Assembly: GCA_036918135.1 (NCBI GenBank)
Contig: JBALDB010000007.1
Coordinates: 1-64,000, forward strand
Source: Nostoc sp.
Lineage (GTDB): Bacteria; Cyanobacteriota; Cyanobacteriia; Cyanobacteriales; Nostocaceae
Direction: 5' to 3'
DNA: 64,000 nt
Positions 30,688 to 38,915 of the stretch are shown one piece after another; position 1 is the stretch's first letter, and every line of letters begins with the position of its first letter. The position numbers were made by a program, and so were the translations under genes. The notes below the pieces were generated by a model. It made no database searches. It was not told where the DNA came from and worked only from the letters and a program-made list of their open reading frames with translations.

Positions 30688-31188
30688 CTATTCCTCAATC
30701 ACAGTTGACTCTTTTTTTATCATTATCCAGCCGATAACAGCAAGTAGCGCGCCGAATACCAGAAATCCTATATCCCAAGCTAACTGATTTGGCCCTGGTT
30801 TCACATGATGGATACCGAGAATTTGGTGGTCAATCACTCCTTCAACTAAGTCGAATAACCCAGCACCAATCAGTATTGAACCAATAAAGGTCTGTGATGA
30901 CCAAGGAACATCGTCGCGCCCTCCGGCACGCCATAGCAAGATTATTCCGACTACGGTTACTACCCAATCAAAGGCATGAAATAAGCCGTCCCACACCATG
31001 TTCAAATCTTCATTGGCAACGTTTGTCAGAGGTCGAATGTTACTCAACATATGATGCCACTGGAGCAACTGATGCAGTACAATTCCATCAACAAAGCCTC
31101 CAAGACCCAAACCAAGAACAACTCCGGCAATAATCAGGGGTGTCCGTTGGTTGAAGGTTGTATTCTTCGCCTCCATTTTCAACCTCAT
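30688..31188 (-). CDS. DUF2243-family membrane protein
   Basis: GLGGFVDGIVLHQLLQWHHM...DGLFH...EGVIDHQILGIHHV. Start uncertain (31188 or 31176). Confidence 0.88.
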   Translation of the reverse strand: MRLKMEAKNTTFNQRTPLIIAGVVLGLGLGGFVDGIVLHQLLQWHHMLSNIRPLTNVANEDLNMVWDGLFHAFDWVVTVVGIILLWRAGGRDDVPWSSQTFIGSILIGAGLFDLVEGVIDHQILGIHHVKPGPNQLAWDIGFLVFGALLAVIGWIMIKKESTVIEE

Positions 31189-31439
31189 GAATCGGTTTTC
31201 TACCAAAATAGAATTTTTTGGGGAATAATATCTTCTATCTTGAGGCAAGTGCGATCGCTAGAATCTAAATCTCATATAAACAACAGATATCGCCTTATTT
31301 CTATTAAATTTAATTTGCACACCTGGCTTCACTGGCTCGAAATTTTTGGGATGGGTACTGCGATCGCTGTAAATGCAAAAATTAATGCATTCTCTCTTGC
31401 AACCCTTACAGTAACCAAAAGTTTTCTTTCTCAGTAAAC

Positions 31440-31658
31440 TTAAACTTTAGATACAGGCTTTAAAAATAGCCATGCCATAAAGAATGTAGCCGCTGTGAAT
31501 AGTTGCATCAAATCTAAAGCCGACAGATAGCCATCTGCAAATGAAGCAATACTGCGGTCTGTAATCCCAAATACCCAAGATGATAAGCCAAACAGCCAAA
31601 TCCCATTCTTGAGATTTCCGACGAATTCCTTAAACTCTGATGGTTTTTGGTCGTTCAC
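31440..31658 (-). CDS. Small hypothetical membrane protein (72 aa)
   Basis: Two hydrophobic segments: GIWLFGLSSWVFGITDRS...QLFTAATFFMAWLFLKP. Confidence 0.7.
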   Translation of the reverse strand: MNDQKPSEFKEFVGNLKNGIWLFGLSSWVFGITDRSIASFADGYLSALDLMQLFTAATFFMAWLFLKPVSKV

Positions 31659-32166
31659 GATCTTCTGCTCCGTTGGTGAAGAATCTAGTGGTTATACAGT
31701 TATCTGTTTTGTCGATTTGGGTCAAAGTCTCCCAAGTGGTAAGCATTGGTGCGCTGTAGCACCAGACTATAAACTTGATAACTGTTCGCTGTGCGCTGAC
31801 TTAATCAGGAATACCTGCTATTGGGAAGTTTTTTTAACTCCTAAGGCAGAATTTACACTCAGCTATTAATAATATTAATAAATATTTCACCTACTTGACT
31901 TCCCTGCCCAAAGGTACATCTAATAATCTTGACATTCCTTTTCTGGTTTTGTCACCTCCCATAGACCGCAATAGGCTGAGTTTCTAGCTTTGTAGTATCA
32001 AAGTTAAGTATTCAGATTACATAATCTTCAAACAACTATATAAAGATTTATTCATATTTTATAAAAAACCCTACTAAAGATAGATGCATTTTTTAATTTA
32101 TAGTAACTGATATAAATATATTGTAGGGTAGCACCGATGTGTAGCCCTACAACGATGCGCTATAAG

Positions 32167-33348
32167 CTAGATTTCTGGGTCAGCTAAGCGGGTGGTGGGA
32201 CGACTTTGATACAAGTCCTGAACAACTTGGAGAGCAGAAACTACGGCTACAAGACCGATGACGGTAACAGGTAACAAACCTTTGCCAAAAATGGCGATCG
32301 CCAGCAGCACAACTGCACCCCCAAATCGATACTGGGAGCGGATTTGGCAATAACGAATCATCCCAAATCGATGGAGAATACTAACAGCTAACGAGCATAA
32401 TGCTACTGAACCGCAGATCAGCCATCGGTGGGAATCCGATAAGGCTAGAGTTGGTTTGCTCAACAAGATTTGTTCTACTCCCACTCCGGCCGCAGCAAAG
32501 CCAATCACTAGGGGTAAATGAGTGTAAAGCCAGAGGTAAACAATACCAGTTTTTCCATGCGTCCGCGCTATCTCAATCGGTTTACCGCCCAGATTATCGA
32601 AATAGACCCACCACCAGCTAAAAGCAATAATTAAACCAAACACGGCGGAAATTACAGTTAAAGTATCCCATTTCTGCTCAGAAACACCGTTGACCACGGC
32701 AATAATTGCTTCACCCAAGACAATAATAGTAAACAGTCCGAAACGTTCTGGTAAATGCGAAGCGTGAGGGAGTAGTCCGACTTGAAACTTGCGTGCTGTT
32801 AAGGGTGTAGTAAAGTCAATAACGATTGCTAATGTCCAAAGTGCGAATCGCCAAGGAACGGGTATAAATGCCGAAATGAGCCAAAGGAAAGCAGCGATCG
32901 CAAAACCAATTGCGTGGCGAGTCGTCAAAGCACGTGCTAAGGGGATGTGTATTCCAGCACGGACGTATTCGATTACCAACACAACCCGACCGAGAGCATA
33001 AGAAAGGGCAAAACCAGGAGAACTTTCGCTTAAACCGTGGTGTATATTCACAGCCATCGCTGCTGCTGTTAGCATTTGTACGCCAATTAACAGTCGATGT
33101 CCGACATCATCGCTATCAAAGCGGTTCGCGTAAAATGTAGTGCCAATCCACGACCACCAAACTGGTATAAATAATACTACAAAGCCAAATAATCCTGAAA
33201 GTGAGATATCCTCATTGAGATTATGAGCCAGTTGAGAAACTGCAACTACAAAAACCAAATCATAAAAAAGTTCTAGCCAAGTAGCGCGTCGTTCTTCTTC
33301 AGTACCTTCACCAGTGCGTAACCTTGGTGGTTGAATAAAATTTGCCAT
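32167..33348 (-). CDS. Low temperature requirement protein A family
   Basis: RRATWLELFYDLVFV; HLPERFGLFTIIVLGE; WWWVYFD. Confidence 0.9.
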   Translation of the reverse strand: MANFIQPPRLRTGEGTEEERRATWLELFYDLVFVVAVSQLAHNLNEDISLSGLFGFVVLFIPVWWSWIGTTFYANRFDSDDVGHRLLIGVQMLTAAAMAVNIHHGLSESSPGFALSYALGRVVLVIEYVRAGIHIPLARALTTRHAIGFAIAAFLWLISAFIPVPWRFALWTLAIVIDFTTPLTARKFQVGLLPHASHLPERFGLFTIIVLGEAIIAVVNGVSEQKWDTLTVISAVFGLIIAFSWWWVYFDNLGGKPIEIARTHGKTGIVYLWLYTHLPLVIGFAAAGVGVEQILLSKPTLALSDSHRWLICGSVALCSLAVSILHRFGMIRYCQIRSQYRFGGAVVLLAIAIFGKGLLPVTVIGLVAVVSALQVVQDLYQSRPTTRLADPEI

Positions 33349-33514
33349 AGTGCTAATTGCCAATCGCTAATTGTTTTTTAGCATTAGCTGTAGGCAATTA
33401 GGGAATGGATAGATGATTTTGCATAAATTGCTAAAAATTTACCGATAGATAAAAGTACGAATTCTGAAAACTATTATCAGATTTAATTACAACAAATAAA
33501 GGAGAGTAATTATA

Positions 33515-34006
33515 ATGACAGTGAATATTAAAGCTTCATTAGTTCAGCCAGGTAAAAGTTCCACATATTTAGTTCTGGGTGATTTATACACTATTCTTGC
33601 TGAGGGAAAAGATACAAACGGGGAGTATGGATTAGTAGAGGCTCTGATGCAACCACAAAGCGCTGCACCACTCCATAATCACGACGATGCACACGAAGCA
33701 CATTATATTCTTGAGGGAGAGATTGAGTACCAGCTTGACGACCAGACTATCGTTGCAACTCCGGGAACCTTCCTAAATTTTCCTAAAGGTCAGTATCACA
33801 GTTATAAAAATATTGGGGCAAAGCCTGCCAAACTACTGATGTGGGTGACACCAGCAGGAGGGGAACTGTTTTTTGCAGAGGTAGGGCATCCTGTAAACTT
33901 ACCATTGAATGAAGAAGAACGCAGTCTTTTGGGCGTTGTGAATCCTGCCGACTTTGAAAAAGTCCTTGTCATTGCCTCGAAGTATATTAAATTCCCAACA
34001 AGTTGA
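33515..34006 (+). CDS. Cupin-domain protein (quercetin dioxygenase-like)
   Basis: PLHNH...E.HYILEGE...P.G..H.YKN...TPAG. GGAG RBS. Confidence 0.88.
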   Translation: MTVNIKASLVQPGKSSTYLVLGDLYTILAEGKDTNGEYGLVEALMQPQSAAPLHNHDDAHEAHYILEGEIEYQLDDQTIVATPGTFLNFPKGQYHSYKNIGAKPAKLLMWVTPAGGELFFAEVGHPVNLPLNEEERSLLGVVNPADFEKVLVIASKYIKFPTS

Positions 34007-34066
34007 GGAAGAGAGAAATCAAGTTCTTAAGTCGGTTTGCGTGTAGGCAACGTCTTTAATATCAGA

Positions 34067-34326
34067 TACTCATTAATGGAGTTCAGAGGTGGATTAATCC
34101 AGTTCAAATACTCATTAATGGAGTTCAGAGACTCATTAATGGAGCTAAAAGACTCTTTAATGGAGTCCAGAGACTCATTAATGGAGTTCAAAGACTCTTT
34201 AATGAAGCTAAAAGACTCTTTAATGGAGTTCAAAGACTCTTTAATGGAGCTAAAAGGCTCTTTAATGGAGTTCAAAGACTCTTTAATGAAGCTAAAAGAC
34301 TCATTAATGGAGTTCAAAGACTCATT
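34067..34326. repeat. 21-bp tandem repeat, 12 full units + partial (consensus gactc(a/t)ttaatggagttcaaa)
   Basis: Units read off at a 21-bp period from 34067 to 34318; no spacers. Confidence 0.95.
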
Positions 34327-34397
34327 TTAATTAAATCAAGAATTTCCCTTCAGCCTAAAAATCTCTTTATTAATTAGGAACTTATAAGCTAACTACG

Positions 34398-34585
34398 CAA
34401 AATTAATTACAGTCATTGCGAGCGTACAGGGAAGCAAGCTACGCGCAGCGTCTTGTAGAGAAGCGAAGCAATCCCAGCCCTTGCAATTACTACCCTTAGG
34501 GAAGGCTACTCTTCGAGAACGCCTTCAGCGAACGCCTACATTTCGCTTCGCTGCATTCGCAATGACATTGTGTAATTAATTATGT
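34398..34585. mobile_element. Palindromic MITE-like repeat with nested short dispersed repeats
   Basis: aattaattacagtcattgcgag...tcgcaatgacattgtgtaattaatt arms enclosing gcgtcttgtagagaag and cccttaggg/cttcgagaacgcc modules. Confidence 0.6.
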
Positions 34586-34596
34586 TTACCTATTTA

Positions 34597-37500
34597 TCAC
34601 GTCCTTGGTCGCAACAATTGCACAAAGGTATCACTCACAGTATGGTCTTTGGTATCGGCGGCGTATTGAACTAATTTTTCCTTCAGTTCTTTAGCAGCAT
34701 CTAAAGGCAGTAAATTGACTAGCAAAAAGTAGACACCGCGAAAACGGGAATCGCCCATGTGGTCAATCAGCCGATTTTTAGCTTCATCTTTCTCGCCGAG
34801 AAAGTTCTGCACTAAAAAGAAATCCATAATTTTGTCGTGGCGGAAAAGCCATTCTCTCTTGGCTGCACCTTCTTCATTTTGCCACTGACGGCTGACGACC
34901 ATTTTATATTTCTCATCTTCTAAAGACTGTAATACCTGGTAAAATTCATCCGCAGGTAGCGCCTGCTCATCCTTTAGCCGCATTTGATAGACAGCATCGG
35001 AGAATTTTTTTAAGGGAAATTCCTGGTTCCACTCTTGCAGGTATTCGGCTGCCATCAAATTATATTGCTGTTGTTGCAGGTGAAACAAATCCGGGTATTC
35101 ACCTTGGGAGATCATTAACGCCACAACAGTTAAATCCATTGGGTTAGAGAGAACCCTTTGGTTAGGAGTTAACTCCTCTGGTGATTGCTGGTTGCTGAGG
35201 GCTGTTGCTAGATAGTTAGTGCAGGCTTGCTCGTAATTATTACCCTGAACTTTGGCATCTTTGGGCAGTCGTGGCTGACGGGAAATCAAAAATTGCTGAA
35301 TTTGGGCTTGCTCAAGGGGCTGTAATTTATATATCTTGGCTGTTGAGGGTGGTGTCCACTCTAGGGGCTGGGTAGTCATGATGATGTTACCCCGGAAGTA
35401 GCTTTCGACAAACTGGCAAATTTTTGCTCTGGTGTCGGCTGTGACTTCGTTGAGTCCGTCAATGCAGATATCTAACGCACCACTGTAAATTAAATTCTTG
35501 AGAAAATCAGCATCTTGTGCTTGCCCGTGCAGCTTGGCTTGAATTGCTTCAATTACCCCTTTGTCACACTTGCGGGCGGGTAAATAAACGACAATGCGCG
35601 GTGAGGTTTTCACCAGATGGCGGAGAAACATCGACTTACCCAAACCAGAATCACCTTCTAAGACTATTTGCCCTGCGATGCTGGGTAGCATCTGGGTAAT
35701 TGCTTGGGGTTCTTCTGCACTGGGAACTTTCACCTTAGATTCTGGAAAGTATGTTTGGGGGTTAAAATTATCTAACCCAGCATCGGCTAGTAAAGAAGGC
35801 TTGAAGGGTTCAAATAATTTGCGGCGGAAAAAGGGAATCCAGGCGAGGAGAAAGCCGACGTAGCCCACGCCTAAGATGCGTCTTACCCAAGGATTCCAGA
35901 AGAAGATGGCTTGAACTTGGGGAAATTTGGGATAAGCAAAGATGAGGGCAAGCCAAAAGGTAGCGTGAATCAAAATCATCATTCTGGCGTTAAAAAACCA
36001 CTGCCAACCCTTGAGGTTAACTATTACTGATTGCAGCGAATCAGCTTCGTTGTATCCGGTGTTTTTGAGGTTGTTATAGTGAGTTTCTAAAATCACAATA
36101 TCTTGCGATTGCCAAGAGACTTTTCTAGCAACTACAGCAATTTGCTTTGCTAAGTCTTGCTGTAATCGTGCCAAATCTCGACTCGGTTCCCAGGCTTGGG
36201 CAAAGATTTTGAGAGTTTTATCACCGCGATCGTGGCTTAATGAAGCAGGAACTGTTTTAGGTTTAGGAAAACCCAGCCATGTAAGCAGTGTTTTGACTTC
36301 ATCAGTGCCGCCACCCAGAAAATATGTAAAAAATCGCCACTGTGCAAATTCTGATTGACCTGCGTAATAGATGCTATCCAGAATTAGAGCAATATTATTC
36401 AGGTTGAGTAGTTCTATCTTTCCTAATGCCTCTGCTGCACTGGAACGAACACCTGAGTCAACAGTTTTATCCTTGAGGATGTCAGCGATGTCTTTGACGT
36501 AGGGTTTGGCTGCCTCCCCCAGATTTGCCAATGCCTCTGCTGCACTGGAACGAACAATTGAGTCAACGGAGTTATCCTTGAGGATGTCAGCGATGTCCTT
36601 GACGTAGGGTTTGGCTGCCTCCCCCAGATTTGCCAATGCCTCTGCTGCACTGGAACGAACATAAGAGTCAACGGATTTATCCTTGAGGATGTCAGCGATG
36701 TCTTTGACGTAGGGTTTGGCTGCCTCCCCCAGATTTGCCAATGCATAAGCTGCACCTCTACGAACATTAAAGTCAACAGTTTTATCCTTGAGGATGTCAG
36801 CGATGTCTTTGACGTAGGGTTTGGCTGCCTCCCCCAGATTTCCCAATGCCGATGCTGCATATAAACGAACACCTGAGTCAACAGTTTTATCCTTGAGGAT
36901 GTCAGCGATGTCTTTGACGTAGGGTTTGGCTGCCTCCCCCAGATTTCCCAATGCCGATGCTGCACTGGAACGAACAGAGTTGTCAACGGTTTTATCCTTG
37001 AGGATGTCGAGGATGTCTTTGACGTAGGGTTTGGCTGCCTCCCCCAGATTTGCCAATGCCGATGCTGCACTGGAACGAACAGAGTTGTCAACGGATTTAT
37101 CCTTGAGAATGTCAGCGATGTCTTTGACGTAGGGTTTGGTAGCCTCCCCCAGATTTCCCAATGCCGATGCTGCACTGGAACGAACAGAGTTGTCAACGGA
37201 TTTATCCTTGAGGATGTCAGCGATGTCTTTGACGTAGGGTTTGGTAGCCTCCCCCAGATTTCCCAATGCTGATGCTGCACCGGAACGAACATCTTTATCA
37301 ACGGTTTTATCCTTGAGGATGTCAGCGATGTCTTTGACGTAGGGTTTGGCTGCCTCCCCCAGATTTCCCAATGCGTCTGCTGCACCGGAACGAACATCAT
37401 TGTCAACAGTTTTATCCTTGAGGATATTGAAAACTTTCTGAGCAATATCCTCTGGTTTCTGAACCACCGATTTTAAATTTTTTAAATCATATTCATTGAA

Positions 37501-37701
37501 TTTTTCAAAAGCGAGTTTCTTTACTCCGTCATATCCATCATCAATGGCAGCAACGATACCGTTAATCTGCCACGCTTCTGGTTTGGGCTTAGGCTGTTCT
37601 TTTGCACTCACCCAAGGCAGGGCGAGGAGGAGAGTCAACAGCAGGGTAAAGGGAAAAAGGAAAAAGGGCGACGATCGCTTTTTAATTATGTGCAGATACA
37701 T
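34597..37701 (-). CDS. Membrane protein with N-terminal signal/TM, 35-aa HEAT-like repeats, TM segments and C-terminal P-loop (NACHT/STAND-like) NTPase
   Basis: Hydrophobic N-terminus; 9+ DKxVDxxVRxxAAxALxNLGEAAKPYVKDIADILK repeats; hydrophobic segments; GDSGLGKS; ICIDGLNE; NPMDL; FRHDKIMDFF. Confidence 0.85.
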   Translation of the reverse strand: MYLHIIKKRSSPFFLFPFTLLLTLLLALPWVSAKEQPKPKPEAWQINGIVAAIDDGYDGVKKLAFEKFNEYDLKNLKSVVQKPEDIAQKVFNILKDKTVDNDVRSGAADALGNLGEAAKPYVKDIADILKDKTVDKDVRSGAASALGNLGEATKPYVKDIADILKDKSVDNSVRSSAASALGNLGEATKPYVKDIADILKDKSVDNSVRSSAASALANLGEAAKPYVKDILDILKDKTVDNSVRSSAASALGNLGEAAKPYVKDIADILKDKTVDSGVRLYAASALGNLGEAAKPYVKDIADILKDKTVDFNVRRGAAYALANLGEAAKPYVKDIADILKDKSVDSYVRSSAAEALANLGEAAKPYVKDIADILKDNSVDSIVRSSAAEALANLGEAAKPYVKDIADILKDKTVDSGVRSSAAEALGKIELLNLNNIALILDSIYYAGQSEFAQWRFFTYFLGGGTDEVKTLLTWLGFPKPKTVPASLSHDRGDKTLKIFAQAWEPSRDLARLQQDLAKQIAVVARKVSWQSQDIVILETHYNNLKNTGYNEADSLQSVIVNLKGWQWFFNARMMILIHATFWLALIFAYPKFPQVQAIFFWNPWVRRILGVGYVGFLLAWIPFFRRKLFEPFKPSLLADAGLDNFNPQTYFPESKVKVPSAEEPQAITQMLPSIAGQIVLEGDSGLGKSMFLRHLVKTSPRIVVYLPARKCDKGVIEAIQAKLHGQAQDADFLKNLIYSGALDICIDGLNEVTADTRAKICQFVESYFRGNIIMTTQPLEWTPPSTAKIYKLQPLEQAQIQQFLISRQPRLPKDAKVQGNNYEQACTNYLATALSNQQSPEELTPNQRVLSNPMDLTVVALMISQGEYPDLFHLQQQQYNLMAAEYLQEWNQEFPLKKFSDAVYQMRLKDEQALPADEFYQVLQSLEDEKYKMVVSRQWQNEEGAAKREWLFRHDKIMDFFLVQNFLGEKDEAKNRLIDHMGDSRFRGVYFLLVNLLPLDAAKELKEKLVQYAADTKDHTVSDTFVQLLRPRT
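36420..37422. repeat. 105-bp coding tandem repeat (9 full + 1 partial)
   Basis: ttatccttgaggatgtcagcgatgtctttgacgtagggtttggctgcctcccccagattt recurs every 105 bp. Confidence 0.95.
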
Positions 37702-37924
37702 TTGTATAATTCGTAATTTCTTTAGTAATAAAGGCTGTTTCTGCCCTTTCCTTGTAGGGAAAGAGAAGGGAGTTAGGTTTTTACTAATAAATCAGGAACC
37801 GCTACAGTTATCTTTTTATCGTCTGATAACTCAACCTAGCTAGAAATGGAATATTAATATAAATACTACAGGAATTTAAAAAGATACGCCCAGAGTGTAG
37901 TAGTGAGCTTCCTTGAGCGATGGT

Positions 37925-37953
37925 GCGTAGGCGTAGCCTGTCGTAAACATCGC
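37925..37953. repeat. SDR5-like 21-nt element inserted in HIP1
   Basis: GCG + taggcgtagcctgtcgtaaac + ATCGC. Confidence 0.85.
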
Positions 37954-38012
37954 CTACTCAAACCACTGCACAAGATAATAACAATACCTCGTTCAATTGT
38001 TAGCAATTGTTA

Positions 38013-38864
38013 ATGTCCTTTGATAACCTCTGCAAACTCCTGTCCGAAAAACATCCTGCTACCTTTGCCAGTTGGGTATTAGGAACACCGCAAACTTCTG
38101 TCAAAGTCCTCAAAACCGAATTGAGCATTGAACCAATTCGCGCTGATTATGTCACATTCTTACAATTACAAGGACGCATTCTCCATCTGGAATTTCAAAC
38201 CAAACTAGAATCTACGCCACCCCTACCCTTGCGGATGCTAGATTATTGGGTACGCTTATATCGTTTGTATCGCCTACCAATAACGCAAGTTGTCGTATTA
38301 CTGCTTCCGCCCACACCAGAAACGGTAATTGAAACCGCTTTTAGAGTCGAAACTACTTATCATGAATATCGTGTGATTCGCTTATGGGAAGAAAATCCCG
38401 AACCATTTTTCAATGACCCAGCTTTATTACCATTAGCACCACTGGCGGCAACCACGCAACCTCAAGCTTTGTTGCAACAAGTTGTGAAACGAGTTAGTCA
38501 ACTTGAGCCAGGACAACGACCAGAAATTTCCGCTTACACCCAAATCTTAGCGGGGTTAAAATACAAACAGGACTTGATTAGACAACTGTTTCGGGAGAAT
38601 ATGATGCGCGAGTCAGTGATTTATCAAGAAATTCTTAGAGAAGGAGAACAACGAGGAGAACTACGAGGACGGGAAGAAGGACGAAAAGCAGAAGGGCAAT
38701 TGCTGATTCTCCGTTTGCTTACTCGACGTGTAGGAGAATTACCCCAAGAAGTGCTAGACCGGATTGAAACTCTCTCCTTAGAACAATTAGAAAATCTTGG
38801 CGAAGCTTTATTGGATTTTCAGGCTCAAGCAGATTTAGAAACCTGGTTTAATACATTAGAGTAG
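38013..38864 (+). CDS. Rpn-family recombination-promoting nuclease/putative transposase with DUF4351-like C-terminus
   Basis: FDNLCKLL...IRAD...ILHLEFQT...RMLDY; MRESVIYQEI...LRLLTRRVG...LSLEQLENLGEALLDF. Confidence 0.88.
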   Translation: MSFDNLCKLLSEKHPATFASWVLGTPQTSVKVLKTELSIEPIRADYVTFLQLQGRILHLEFQTKLESTPPLPLRMLDYWVRLYRLYRLPITQVVVLLLPPTPETVIETAFRVETTYHEYRVIRLWEENPEPFFNDPALLPLAPLAATTQPQALLQQVVKRVSQLEPGQRPEISAYTQILAGLKYKQDLIRQLFRENMMRESVIYQEILREGEQRGELRGREEGRKAEGQLLILRLLTRRVGELPQEVLDRIETLSLEQLENLGEALLDFQAQADLETWFNTLE

Positions 38865-38915
38865 CTAAACCTATAGTACCAAACCAGGCAAAAGTCAAAG
38901 AATTTGCGATTGTTT

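Noticed and set aside
30537..30698. N-terminal extension of the DUF4129 protein (WEEKEV/PTL repeats)
   Set aside because: It is translated intergenic repeat DNA; the likely start is the ATG at 30536.
34067..34326. CRISPR array
   Set aside because: The units are contiguous 21-mers with no unique spacers, and there are no cas genes in the window.
36420..37422. CRISPR array or TALE-like DNA-binding repeats
   Set aside because: The repeats are in-frame 35-aa HEAT-like units (VR..AA.ALG.LG) in a membrane protein and lack the TALE consensus.
36423..37445. 340-aa alternative-frame ORF
   Set aside because: It is a by-product of the stop-free 105-bp repeat in a second frame of the HEAT gene.
34597..38864. 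Diversity-generating retroelement behind the HEAT repeat variability
   Set aside because: No reverse transcriptase or separate template repeat is in the window, and the variation is not obviously adenine-specific.
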